Positions 19,652 through 30,082 of a stretch of 64,000 nucleotides of DNA are shown here, piece by piece. Numbering within the stretch: the stretch's first letter is position 1; each line of letters starts with the position of its first letter. Source of the stretch: a virus (lineage: Duplodnaviria > Caudoviricetes); the IMG/VR virus record IMGVR_UViG_3300017766_003100, positions 64,001 to 128,000 of that record, one strand, 5' to 3'. The notes beneath the pieces are model-generated. The model ran no database searches. It saw only the letters and a program-made list of their open reading frames with translations, and was not told where the DNA came from. The translations under genes were made by a program, and so were the position numbers.

Positions 19652-22372
19652 ATGATATCACAAGAACAAATTGAAATGTTCCTTAATGGGAACGACCCCG
19701 AACAATTTATCGTAGCAGTAGAATACGATTACGCAACAGATTCCGTTTTTAAAATCAAAGAAATTCCTGGTAAAGGAAAAGAAATAAGAAAAGACACATT
19801 CACAGCCTTCGCTTGGGTTGGTGATTTACACGGTCTTAATTTCTATAAGTCATCCAAAGGTCTTCAAAAAGAAGCGATGATAAAACACGGAATCCTAATA
19901 GAAAAATTACAAACTGGTGACAATGAAAGATTGGAAAATGGACTTAAATTTATGGTTAAGTCCCTTAAAGGTTATAGAAATCTAATCCAATTCTTTAAAG
20001 AAGGTGGAGTTGACCCTTGGGGTGAAAAAACCAAGGATTTAATATTAGTTCTACCTCCAGTTGAACAATACCTTATCCAAAAAGAAAAAAGATTATTTAA
20101 AGGTTATGAAGAATACAATGATGTAACAAGATTTGGATTCGACTTAGAAACTACCTCTTTAGAACCTAAAGATGGTAGAATCTTTATGATTGGAATCAAA
20201 ACAAATAAAGGATTACAAAAAGTAATCGAATGTTCCAACGAAGACCAAGAAAGAGCTGGTTTAGTAGAATTCTTTAGACTAATTGATGAAATTAAACCAA
20301 GTATTATTGGTGGATACAATTCATTCAACTTCGACTGGTATTGGATTATGGAAAGATGTAAAGCTCTACATTTGGATATTAAAAAGATTTGTAAGACTCT
20401 ACATCCTGAATATAAATTTAAACAATCTAATGGGATGTTAAAGTTGGCCAATGAAGTTGAATCCTTTAATCAAGTTAGTATGTGGGGATACAATATTATT
20501 GATATTCTACACTCAGTTAGAAGAGCACAAGCAATCAATTCAAATATCAAATCAGCTGGTCTTAAATATATTACCCAATATATCAATGCTGAAGCCAAAG
20601 ACCGAGTTTATATTGACCACTTGGATATTGCACCATTCTATTCAAAAAAGGAAGAGTATTGGTTGAATATTGAGAATGGTAAATATAGAAAAGTGGGAGT
20701 TGACCCAAAGATTGATGTTGTTTGTGAAAAACATTCAAATGTTTATATCAAAACAACTGGAGATAATCTTGTTGAGAGATATTTGGATGATGACTTGGAA
20801 GAAACCCTTAAAGTGGATGAAGAATTCAATCAAGGAACATTTATGTTGGCATCAATGATTCCAACAACTTATGAAAGGGTTTCAACTATGGGAACGGCAA
20901 CACTATGGAAAATGTTGATGTTGGCTTGGTCTTATAAATATAAATTGGCAATTCCACAGAAAGAACAAAAGAAAGATTTTGTAGGAGGGTTATCAAGACT
21001 ATTAAGAGTTGGTTATTCCAAGGATGTATTAAAACTTGACTATTCTTCTCTATATCCATCAATACAATTGGTTCACGATGTATTCCCTGATTGTGATATT
21101 ATGGGAGCAATGAAAGGTATGTTATCTTATTTTAGAAGTGCTCGTATTAAATACAAGAACTTGGCAGCTGAATGGTATGATAAAGATAAGAAGAAATCTC
21201 TATCTTATGATAGAAAACAATTACCTATCAAGATATTCATTAACTCGATGTTTGGTGCGTTATCAGCACCACAAGTATTTGCGTGGGGTGATATGTATAT
21301 GGGTGAACAGATTACTTGTACAGGAAGACAATATCTACGTCAGATGTTAAAGTTCTTTATGAAGAAGGGTTATACACCACTTGTATGTGATACAGATGGT
21401 ATGAACTTCTCATTACCTAAAGGTGGTGTTGATGACAGAGTATATGTTGGTAGAGGATTAAATTGGAAAGTTAAAAAGGATAAAGAATACAAAGGTTATG
21501 ATGCTGATGTTGCTGAGTTTAATGATACATTTATGAGGGGTGAGATGGCGCTGGATTGTGATGGTACTTGGAAATCTTGTATAAACTTGGCAAGAAAGAA
21601 CTATGCAACAATGGAACATAATGGTAAAGTTAAACTTACAGGTAATTCAATCAAATCCAAAAAACTTCCATTATATATTGAAGACTTCTTGGACAAAGCA
21701 ATCAAACTTTTATTGGAGGGTGAAGGTCAACAATTTGTTGAGTGGTATTATGAATATCTTACAAAGATTTATAATAAAGAAATCCCACTCCTTAAAATTG
21801 CACAAAGAGCAAAAGTTAAATTGAGTATTAAAGATTATATTGATAGGTCAAAACAAACTACTAAATCAGGTGGTGCTATGTCTAGAATGGCTCATATGGA
21901 ATTGGCCATTAAACACAATCTAAAAGTTAATCTTGGTGAAGTAATCTATTATGTTAATAATGGAACTAAAGCAAGTCACGGAGATGTACAAAAGAAAAAG
22001 GATGAAATATTATTGAATTGTTATATGTTAAATTCAAATGACATTGAAAATAATCCTGATATGACAGGTGAATATAATGTTGCGAGAGCTATTACAACAT
22101 TTAATAATCGTATTGAACCTTTATTGATTGTTTTCAAACAAGATGTTAGAGATAACTTAATTGTTGATAATCCTGAAAAAAGAACTTTCTTTACAAGTCA
22201 ACAATGTGAATTGATTAATGGTGTTCCATTTGAAGAAAAAGACCAAGATAAAATTCAAGAAGACTTATTAGATTTAGAACCAAAAGAATTGGAGTATTGG
22301 GAAAAGAGAGGAATTGACCCCAACTATATCTATGACTTGGCAGAAGAAGGATGGGAAAGATATATTGATTAA
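19652..22372 (+). CDS. polB: Family B DNA polymerase with 3'-5' exonuclease
   Basis: ExoI FDLETT, ExoII YNSFNFDW, motif A LDYSSLYPSI, motif B KIFINSMFG, motif C CDTDG. Confidence 0.95.
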   Translation: MISQEQIEMFLNGNDPEQFIVAVEYDYATDSVFKIKEIPGKGKEIRKDTFTAFAWVGDLHGLNFYKSSKGLQKEAMIKHGILIEKLQTGDNERLENGLKFMVKSLKGYRNLIQFFKEGGVDPWGEKTKDLILVLPPVEQYLIQKEKRLFKGYEEYNDVTRFGFDLETTSLEPKDGRIFMIGIKTNKGLQKVIECSNEDQERAGLVEFFRLIDEIKPSIIGGYNSFNFDWYWIMERCKALHLDIKKICKTLHPEYKFKQSNGMLKLANEVESFNQVSMWGYNIIDILHSVRRAQAINSNIKSAGLKYITQYINAEAKDRVYIDHLDIAPFYSKKEEYWLNIENGKYRKVGVDPKIDVVCEKHSNVYIKTTGDNLVERYLDDDLEETLKVDEEFNQGTFMLASMIPTTYERVSTMGTATLWKMLMLAWSYKYKLAIPQKEQKKDFVGGLSRLLRVGYSKDVLKLDYSSLYPSIQLVHDVFPDCDIMGAMKGMLSYFRSARIKYKNLAAEWYDKDKKKSLSYDRKQLPIKIFINSMFGALSAPQVFAWGDMYMGEQITCTGRQYLRQMLKFFMKKGYTPLVCDTDGMNFSLPKGGVDDRVYVGRGLNWKVKKDKEYKGYDADVAEFNDTFMRGEMALDCDGTWKSCINLARKNYATMEHNGKVKLTGNSIKSKKLPLYIEDFLDKAIKLLLEGEGQQFVEWYYEYLTKIYNKEIPLLKIAQRAKVKLSIKDYIDRSKQTTKSGGAMSRMAHMELAIKHNLKVNLGEVIYYVNNGTKASHGDVQKKKDEILLNCYMLNSNDIENNPDMTGEYNVARAITTFNNRIEPLLIVFKQDVRDNLIVDNPEKRTFFTSQQCELINGVPFEEKDQDKIQEDLLDLEPKELEYWEKRGIDPNYIYDLAEEGWERYID

Positions 22373-22378
22373 AATAAA

Positions 22379-22403
22379 AAACCCCACTCAAAAGGTGGGG
22401 TTA
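22379..22403. terminator. Bidirectional intrinsic terminator
   Basis: AAACCCCAC-TCAAAAG-GTGGGGTT between convergent genes. Confidence 0.8.
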
Positions 22404-22408
22404 AATTT

Positions 22409-22747
22409 TTATTCTAATTTCATTCCATCTGAGGAGATTATATACCAACCGCCTTCAACATATTCAAGTTCAACACAAGCACCATTATCAATTTCAATTT
22501 CATCATATTGTTCATCAATCAAAGAATATTTTGGAATAATACTTGTTTTGGTTAAGACTTTAATTTTAACAGATTCTGTGGTATAACCATCCAAAGTGAT
22601 TGTACATTTATCAACATCTTTAACAATTAAAAGATATTCACCATTTGTTTCATAAGTTGGTGTATTGACAATCTTTTTAATTTTGGTGGATGGTGATTGA
22701 CCATATCTTAATGTTTTGGTAACTTCTCCAATTTTTTTCTTTTCCAT
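22409..22747 (-). CDS. Hypothetical protein
   Basis: 112-aa ORF, last gene of a minus-strand run ending at the terminator. Confidence 0.6.
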   Translation of the reverse strand: MEKKKIGEVTKTLRYGQSPSTKIKKIVNTPTYETNGEYLLIVKDVDKCTITLDGYTTESVKIKVLTKTSIIPKYSLIDEQYDEIEIDNGACVELEYVEGGWYIISSDGMKLE

Positions 22748-22748
22748 A

Positions 22749-23375
22749 TTATCTTGGTTTTACCATATTATAGATATATTCAGCAGCTTTATCAATGTTA
22801 TCAACACCCTTTCTCGTTAATTCAGTTCTAATTGTGTACAACATATATTTAAATCTAGATGCTGAAGGATTGTCACCATAACCTTTACGTGTTTTCACAT
22901 CCATAGGTAATAATTTTTTTTGTTGTAATTCTCTAACTTTTCTTACTGCAAACTCATCGGCAACAGCTTCATATTTCGCCATAGATTCGGCTGCTTCATC
23001 TAAAGGTATTTCGTTTAAATAAAGACCCATCATTTTTCCCTCACCATATTTTTTAAATTGATATTGATGTGCTAATTCGTGAAAGATAATAAAAAGTGTT
23101 TGAGCAATAGCGTTACGGCCATATATAGACATATACTTCGTATCTAAAACAATACTATTAATTACTAATTTATTATGTAAAGCTAACCCCATAGGGCCTG
23201 ATAAGTTTTCAAACGAAACTTTTTTACAATCAGTTTTTTCAAATATTGATTTCACTTCATCAATTAGTTCATCACTTAATTTTAATTCGTTTTTTAAGGT
23301 TTCAAGAAATTCATCCAAACCTTCAGTAGCTTCTAAAAGAAGTTTATATTGTGATTCTGTTATTATTATTTTCAT
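22749..23375 (-). CDS. Putative zinc metallopeptidase (HExxH)
   Basis: IIFHELAHQYQ and downstream YEAVADEFA, a zincin-type third-ligand pattern. Confidence 0.6.
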   Translation of the reverse strand: MKIIITESQYKLLLEATEGLDEFLETLKNELKLSDELIDEVKSIFEKTDCKKVSFENLSGPMGLALHNKLVINSIVLDTKYMSIYGRNAIAQTLFIIFHELAHQYQFKKYGEGKMMGLYLNEIPLDEAAESMAKYEAVADEFAVRKVRELQQKKLLPMDVKTRKGYGDNPSASRFKYMLYTIRTELTRKGVDNIDKAAEYIYNMVKPR

Positions 23376-24496
23376 TAGATTACATATATTTGTCTTGGCA
23401 TAGCTTGGAATTTCTTTACCTTGTTTAGATTTTCAGCAATTAAAGCTTCTCTTTCCATTACCTTTTCAGGTCTTAATCTACTTAGTCTACCTTCGGTACC
23501 AATTAATTCTTCAACTAATTTAGTTTTTTCATCCTTACCTTCAGTGGCTAAAGATTGATAATCCATTGTAAGTTCACTATCTGGTGTTTTAATGTTACCA
23601 CTAAACTTACCTCTAACTTTAGATAAGGTTTCTTTGGCTGTAGCAAAAAACCATTTACGTACCCAAATTTGTGCGGGGTTATTTAAATCAACCCAACTTA
23701 TTTTATCAAAAGGAACATCAGAAGGTAATTTAATAATATCAGGATTCTTTTTTAAACAATCATCTCTGTCAGCACCATCAACTTCATAATACCAATACCA
23801 TACTCTCCCTTTCATAAGTGTATTGTTACCAAAGTCAAACTTACCACCAGGTGTTTGCATTAAGTGAACGGCTTTTTTACCATCAGGTAATGCTGTTACA
23901 CGATAAGTCAAATCCCCCGCAATAATTCTTCTTTGGATATTAATTTCTTGCATTCTTAATAACATATCAAATGCTGGCATCATAAAGTATGAACCAGTAT
24001 AACCCATTTGTGAATAACCTGCAGGACCACCTAAACCCGCACCACCCAAAGCACCAAAACTCCAAGGGTCAAATAATAAATTATTTAATTCACCAGGTGT
24101 AAACCATAAAAGTTCATTTAATTCTCTACCCGCAGGTATTTCATATATTTGTTGGCCAGGTACAAGTTGTATGTAATCTTTTTTCATCACATTATCACCA
24201 CCTGCTTGTAAACCAACTATTTTAGAATAGGCATAAGAATATCGGTCTTCAAAATCAAAACTTTTGGTAATGAATGCTTTGGCTAAAGATTGGGTGTCTA
24301 AATTAAGACCATATAATGAAGTCCATTGTGATTCAATTAACCAATCTTGTATATATTGAGAATAATCCTCAATAGATAATTCTAATAAAGAGTCTAACAT
24401 TTCATCTTCCAATTCTATACTTCTTAGAGGAGCACCTAATAGGTGTCTTAATTTGGTATATAGTTTGGTTCTTTCTGGTTCGGCAATTATTGACAT
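23375..24496 (-). CDS. Neck / head-tail adaptor protein (T4 gp13-like)
   Basis: N-terminal LRHLLGAPLRSIELEDEMLD...SIEDY resembles gp13 (LRRLGAPIINVEL). Confidence 0.75.
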   Translation of the reverse strand: MSIIAEPERTKLYTKLRHLLGAPLRSIELEDEMLDSLLELSIEDYSQYIQDWLIESQWTSLYGLNLDTQSLAKAFITKSFDFEDRYSYAYSKIVGLQAGGDNVMKKDYIQLVPGQQIYEIPAGRELNELLWFTPGELNNLLFDPWSFGALGGAGLGGPAGYSQMGYTGSYFMMPAFDMLLRMQEINIQRRIIAGDLTYRVTALPDGKKAVHLMQTPGGKFDFGNNTLMKGRVWYWYYEVDGADRDDCLKKNPDIIKLPSDVPFDKISWVDLNNPAQIWVRKWFFATAKETLSKVRGKFSGNIKTPDSELTMDYQSLATEGKDEKTKLVEELIGTEGRLSRLRPEKVMEREALIAENLNKVKKFQAMPRQIYVI

Positions 24497-24518
24497 AATT
24501 AGTTTTTAATTATAAATA

Positions 24519-27248
24519 TCACCAACAATCAATCTCTTTAAAATCATCCACTTTAATAGGTTCAGTATTCAATTGAAGTTCATTAGTGTTTCTATCATAG
24601 ATGTATGATATTGCATTTTTGTCAATAATTTTAAAACGAATACTTAATCGACTTTCACTACAAGTTTTTTGTCCTTTGTTTGACCAATAAAGTTTAATAT
24701 GTTGGATTGGCACTACAACATTATTTTCAAAGAAAATACCTGCAATATTATTTCTAATTTTTTCTAAGAAACTTATAGCTATAGGATGGTCAAAAAGTTC
24801 AAGGTGTAAATAATTGATTATTTGATTATATACATCTAAGTGAGTTTCCTTAATTTTTTTAATTATTTTACTTCGTTTGAAAATTGAGAAGAATTCTGAA
24901 AGATAACTATCAACATTAGTATTCATCATTTTTACTTCAAATTTGTCACCCTTTTTGAAGATTACTTTGTCATTATAATAAAAATCTGACTTAGCAATTA
25001 AATCCGCTTTAATTGGATTTGTTTGTTTCATATTGTTAGTGATACATTTAACTAAATCATTTATAACTTCATCCAAACCTTTTTGACCACTTTTAACCAT
25101 TTCAACAACTTCAGCAAAATTACGTCTTTCAAACTTGTCACAAGTATATTTTAATTCTAATGACGTTTTAAATTCACCCATATAATCACCCTCCAAACTT
25201 GTTTCATAATTTGAATAAGCCTTTTCTCTAACTTGACTTAAAAAATTATCAAGGTTTTCAGTTTTAATATCAGATTTATTTTTTAATCTTTTCAATCTAA
25301 TTTCAGTTTCAGTATTATCAAATGTTGGGTCTGTTATAAATTTGGCAATAGTTTTGATAAAATTACCAGGTAAATCATTTTTTAATGCTAATTCTAATAT
25401 TTTATAAACTATACCCCTACCAAAGACTATGTGTCTAACTTGTCCTTTATCTTTTAATCTTGTGGACATTTGTGGATAATAAAAATTAATTATTGTATCT
25501 GCAGCTTTTATTATTTCTTCTTTTTCTTCACCTTCAATACTATCAATTACTCGTTGGAAATGACAATAGATATTATCAACTTTTTTGAAATTACATAGTT
25601 GTTCAATTAAATTTTCTTCTTTTTGAAAGATAATTGCTTCTATAAGTTTTTTTTGTTCTTCAGTTATTATTATTTTTTTAAGTTTTGATTCCGTAATTAA
25701 TTTGTTTAATCTTAAACTTGGGGATTTAAACTTAATTTTTTCAGTTTTAAAAATATAAGAATATCTTTGTAAAGATTGAGTTCCTTCATCTTTAATTTCA
25801 ATATTATCAAAATCAAAGAATATGTAGTTATCTTCATTATCAATGAAAGCAAATATTTGAATATTTTCAGGTTTATATTTGTTTTTACTTTTAAAAATAT
25901 AATTTAATTTACCATCCATTTCTTCTTCAAATAAATCTTTTGTTGGTTTCACTTGAATATTTTTGGACACCCCATTTTTGGTTACCATCATATCTTGTCC
26001 ATTGTATTTGTCTCTAATATCACCATCACAATATCTTAATACATCTAAATTTTTATATTTAGAGTTTAAAAGTTTAACGGCCAAATTTTCACGTTCAGAA
26101 CCTTGGTCTAATGTCCCTTTTTTGGTTTGAGGATTCATTATTACGTCTGCTAAAGTTTTTGTAAATTTACCCTCGTCACCAAATAAAACATTTTTCATTC
26201 GGTTCATCCAAACGCCAAAATCCAAATTATCCCTATTGTATTTTTCAAAAAACTCCAATATTTTTTTACTAACAATAACATTTGCATCAAACCAATTTAC
26301 TACTGACCATTCACCAACACCACCTCTTTGACTTACAGCATATTTCCCACCAATTACACCATAGTTAGTTTTACAATCATTTGTATCAATTTTACCATAA
26401 CAGGGAGATTCAATATGATTGTTAGCTGAATAATTTTTAATAATTTCAGGAGAACATTTTGGGTATACTTTTGATAACATTTCTTGAATAAACTTATAGT
26501 TAACCCTTCCGTTTGGTAATAAAGGTTCAGTTTGTTCAGTTATAACTTTTTTAGAAGTTATTGATTCTTTTAGTTTTGTTTTTAGTTTTGATAAATAAAC
26601 ATCATTAACGAATTCCCAATTCACAACATCCCAAAACCTTTTAATATATTCATCTCTTTTACTTTGATATTTCAAATAATAGGCGTGTTCCCATAAATCC
26701 AATCCCAATAAAGGATAACCACCATCAATATCATTCATTTGAGGATTGTCTTGATTTGGGGTTGTCATAATTTTCAGTCTATTGTTTTTGGTTAATACCA
26801 ACCAAGCCCAACCTGACCCAAATCTTCCAATAGATTCTTCTTCAAATTTTTTCTTAAATTCTTTGTAAGAACCAAATTCTTTATTTATTTTGGTTAATAT
26901 TTCTCCTTTGATTGTTTGTTTCTCAGGAGATAACATTTTCCAAAATAATGAGTGGTTGTAAGCACCGCCACCATTATTTCTAATTACTTTTGGATATCTT
27001 GTAATTGATTTAATTATATCTTCCAATTCAACATTACCATAATTCTTTTTTGATAAGGCATCGTTAAGTTTCTTAACATATCCTTTATAGTGGTTGTTAT
27101 AATGAACATTCATTGTTTTTACATCAATGAATCTTGTAAGGGAATCATAACCATATGGTAATTTATCAATACCAATCTTTTTGGCTTCAGTTATTAAACT
27201 TTCACCTAATAATATAGTTTCTTTTAATAGTTCTAATTTCTTTTCCAT
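24519..27248 (-). CDS. sodA: Mn/Fe superoxide dismutase fused to two large domains with nuclease-like motifs
   Basis: LPYGYDSL, HYNNHYKGYV, NNGGGAYNHSLFW, FGSGWAWL, NQDNP, DLWEHAYYLKYQ; then about 680 extra aa. Confidence 0.9.
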   Translation of the reverse strand: MEKKLELLKETILLGESLITEAKKIGIDKLPYGYDSLTRFIDVKTMNVHYNNHYKGYVKKLNDALSKKNYGNVELEDIIKSITRYPKVIRNNGGGAYNHSLFWKMLSPEKQTIKGEILTKINKEFGSYKEFKKKFEEESIGRFGSGWAWLVLTKNNRLKIMTTPNQDNPQMNDIDGGYPLLGLDLWEHAYYLKYQSKRDEYIKRFWDVVNWEFVNDVYLSKLKTKLKESITSKKVITEQTEPLLPNGRVNYKFIQEMLSKVYPKCSPEIIKNYSANNHIESPCYGKIDTNDCKTNYGVIGGKYAVSQRGGVGEWSVVNWFDANVIVSKKILEFFEKYNRDNLDFGVWMNRMKNVLFGDEGKFTKTLADVIMNPQTKKGTLDQGSERENLAVKLLNSKYKNLDVLRYCDGDIRDKYNGQDMMVTKNGVSKNIQVKPTKDLFEEEMDGKLNYIFKSKNKYKPENIQIFAFIDNEDNYIFFDFDNIEIKDEGTQSLQRYSYIFKTEKIKFKSPSLRLNKLITESKLKKIIITEEQKKLIEAIIFQKEENLIEQLCNFKKVDNIYCHFQRVIDSIEGEEKEEIIKAADTIINFYYPQMSTRLKDKGQVRHIVFGRGIVYKILELALKNDLPGNFIKTIAKFITDPTFDNTETEIRLKRLKNKSDIKTENLDNFLSQVREKAYSNYETSLEGDYMGEFKTSLELKYTCDKFERRNFAEVVEMVKSGQKGLDEVINDLVKCITNNMKQTNPIKADLIAKSDFYYNDKVIFKKGDKFEVKMMNTNVDSYLSEFFSIFKRSKIIKKIKETHLDVYNQIINYLHLELFDHPIAISFLEKIRNNIAGIFFENNVVVPIQHIKLYWSNKGQKTCSESRLSIRFKIIDKNAISYIYDRNTNELQLNTEPIKVDDFKEIDCW

Positions 27249-27362
27249 AAAATATAAATATCTTCTAAAAAATAAGTTTTAAATTGTATTTTTATTAATT
27301 TTGTGAACCAAAGTATAACTTTATAAGTTAATTATATTATTTCATCAAAAAATTAAAAAGTT

Positions 27363-27764
27363 ATGTCCCACAATATTGAAAATGGAGTTAAATCCAACAA
27401 TGGATTAAATACTGAGAAAAAATTTTCAGATTTAACAAATCTAAAAAAGACTTCAAATAATGAAAAACCTAAATTTATTAACTCGTATGGTAATGAACAA
27501 ATTATTGATTTTGATTTTCATACTACAAAAAATGATGTAAAAATATTCATTGATGTTTGTAGTACATTTAGAAGTGATAGAGCAAAACAAAAAGGTTATA
27601 ATGCTTTACTATATAAAATGTTTATTAGTACTAATTGTAAGTTCTATATTGGTGTGGGTTCATTAGTTGAAAATGGTTCTATTGTAAATCCAAAGAACAT
27701 AGAAGGTATTGATGGAATATATCATATTGATGAATTATCCAAATTGATTAATGAACATTATTAA
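27363..27764 (+). CDS. Small PD-(D/E)xK / restriction-endonuclease-like protein
   Basis: G...E..F helix, IIDFDF, IFIDVCSTFRSDRAKQ pattern; inserted opposite to its neighbours. Confidence 0.45.
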   Translation: MSHNIENGVKSNNGLNTEKKFSDLTNLKKTSNNEKPKFINSYGNEQIIDFDFHTTKNDVKIFIDVCSTFRSDRAKQKGYNALLYKMFISTNCKFYIGVGSLVENGSIVNPKNIEGIDGIYHIDELSKLINEHY

Positions 27765-29514
27765 TCCTATTCATAATTTGTTCAATGAATTCAGCCTTAT
27801 CCAAATTGTCACCCATCACAGTGTCAATGATATTCTTTTTATTGATTAACATATCATAGATAACACCTTCAATTGTATTTTCAAATATGGGATAATAAAC
27901 TGAAACACAATTTTTTTGACCATATCTATAAGCTCTATCTTCCGCTTGTTGGTGATGTGCGGGAACAAAAGATAAGTCATTAAACAATACAACCTCACCA
28001 GCAGTTAATGTAATACCAACACCTGCGGCTTGAACATTTCCAACGAATACTTTTATTTTATCGTTTTCTTGGAATTGGTCAACCGAATATTGTCTTTGAG
28101 TTTTACTACAAGTCCCATCCAAATAAACCGATTGTTTTCCAAAATGGGAATGTATTTTTTGTAAACTATCTGTAAAGTTCGTAAATACAATTACCTTTTT
28201 ACCTTGTTCCAATATATTCTCAATTAAACCAATTGTCTCCTGAACTTTCTCATCAGCAATAACTTGTCTTACTTTCATAAGTTTATTGAATTGCACAGTT
28301 AATGACTTTGATTCTTCAGGATGTTTATTATACCACTCATAATATTCCCCCATCAATTCTTCATATTGTTTTGATTTTAATCTCAAATAGATTGGGGTAA
28401 TAATTTTTTCAGGTAAATCTAATACATCAGTTTTTAATCTTCTCAATACTTGTCTTGATGTTCTATCTCTTAACTCTTCCAAGTTGGATGCACCATTAAC
28501 ATTCCAAACTTTTCTATTCCCAGCTTTAAATTGATAACCTTGACAATAACGTATAACATAAGCCATCCAATTTTGAGCAACAGGACTTTCAATTAGATTC
28601 AATAAGTTATAATAATTAATTGGTCTATTTGTCATTGGTGTACCAGTTAACAGCCAAAGATATTTTGATTTCTTTACAAAATCATTTATTAGTTTTGTTC
28701 TTGCTGCTTGGGGATTGGAAATATAATGAGCTTCATCAATTATAACCAAATCAAAATTAGCTTTTGCTATTGGTGAATTCTCTTTATTCTTTAAATCATA
28801 AAAGTTTTTAAGGATATCATAATTCACAATAACAAAGTCGTGGTCAGTAGAAAAATTCTTTCCCTCCGATATATAAACACTTCTATCTGTATAATTCCTA
28901 ATTTCTCTTTCCCAATTTATTTTAAGTGATGCTGGACAGATAATTAATATTTTCTTGATATCAGTTTCAAGTGCCGCGATGATTGTACTCGTGGTCTTCC
29001 CCAGTCCCATATCGTCAGCTAAAATAAATCTTTTACTACCAACCAATTTTTCTATTGCAATTTTTTGGTGTTCAAGTGGTGGTCTATGACCATACTTTGA
29101 ATAATCAATCTTAACTTCCTCTGTGTTGTGAGTTTTTAATAATGCGGCCTTGGGTAACCAAATATCAGTTAAAGTGTCACCTGAGTTAAATCTACCCCAA
29201 ATATGATATGATTTATCTTTATCCACCAATAACTTTTCAACCCAAATATCAGTTGGGATTGTTAACATATTTTTTTCATCCGCGATTTTATTTGCAAAAT
29301 AGGGTTCAATATTAACCCACTTCTTGGCAACCTTTGGTTCAACTGAATGATAGTTAATTATATATTCAGCTTGGGAACGAGTGGGATAGAATTTCTTATT
29401 GGTTTCTTTATGATTTTTTAGTTTTAAAATAAAGTTATTTCCACCTGAATATGTGTCCAAAATATCAAGTGCTTTAGATTCAATAAGATTAGATGTTTTA
29501 CCTGTTAAACTCAA
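27748..29514 (-). CDS. SNF2-family (SMARCAL1/HARP-like) helicase/translocase
   Basis: LADDMGLGKT, IIDEAH, LTGTPMTNRP, QAEDRAYRYGQ; TTG start. Confidence 0.9.
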   Translation of the reverse strand: MSLTGKTSNLIESKALDILDTYSGGNNFILKLKNHKETNKKFYPTRSQAEYIINYHSVEPKVAKKWVNIEPYFANKIADEKNMLTIPTDIWVEKLLVDKDKSYHIWGRFNSGDTLTDIWLPKAALLKTHNTEEVKIDYSKYGHRPPLEHQKIAIEKLVGSKRFILADDMGLGKTTSTIIAALETDIKKILIICPASLKINWEREIRNYTDRSVYISEGKNFSTDHDFVIVNYDILKNFYDLKNKENSPIAKANFDLVIIDEAHYISNPQAARTKLINDFVKKSKYLWLLTGTPMTNRPINYYNLLNLIESPVAQNWMAYVIRYCQGYQFKAGNRKVWNVNGASNLEELRDRTSRQVLRRLKTDVLDLPEKIITPIYLRLKSKQYEELMGEYYEWYNKHPEESKSLTVQFNKLMKVRQVIADEKVQETIGLIENILEQGKKVIVFTNFTDSLQKIHSHFGKQSVYLDGTCSKTQRQYSVDQFQENDKIKVFVGNVQAAGVGITLTAGEVVLFNDLSFVPAHHQQAEDRAYRYGQKNCVSVYYPIFENTIEGVIYDMLINKKNIIDTVMGDNLDKAEFIEQIMNRINNVH

Positions 29515-29561
29515 AGTAAATTTTTAACATAAAAATAGTTGATATCTTAATATTTATCAAT

Positions 29562-30080
29562 ATGACAAATAAAATACCTATAACAAGGATTGGTAAATTC
29601 TTTGATGCTAATGATTATCAATTGGATATATCAATGGGTGAGGAATGGTTATATGGGGATATGAACTTCACCATTGTATTATATCGTATAGATAGAATGA
29701 AAACAAAGACTGACGATGTATATGGTGAAGCATTAAAAGATGGAATTAAATTTCTACCCCCAATTGAATTGAAAGGATATGTTCAAATATCTGCACCTGA
29801 GAATAAAATGATTGCTGGTAACAAACCTGGTATTAACCAAACTGAACCTGGTAATATGAGATTTTCAATTTATCAAAAACAATTGGATGAATTGGGAATT
29901 GATATTAATTTTGGGGATTATTTGGGTTATAACGAAACTGAGAACAGAATTAGATATTATGTTGTAAATAATGATGGGAGGGTTGTTTCGGACAATAAAC
30001 ATAACTATGCTGGTTATAAACCATATTATAGAACAATAACAGCTTCGGCAGTTATAGATAATGAATTTAGAGGATTGTAA
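29562..30080 (+). CDS. Head-closure / neck protein (gp14-like)
   Basis: LYRIDRMKTKTDDVYGE pattern and position before a gp15-like gene. Confidence 0.6.
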   Translation: MTNKIPITRIGKFFDANDYQLDISMGEEWLYGDMNFTIVLYRIDRMKTKTDDVYGEALKDGIKFLPPIELKGYVQISAPENKMIAGNKPGINQTEPGNMRFSIYQKQLDELGIDINFGDYLGYNETENRIRYYVVNNDGRVVSDNKHNYAGYKPYYRTITASAVIDNEFRGL

Positions 30081-30082
30081 TT

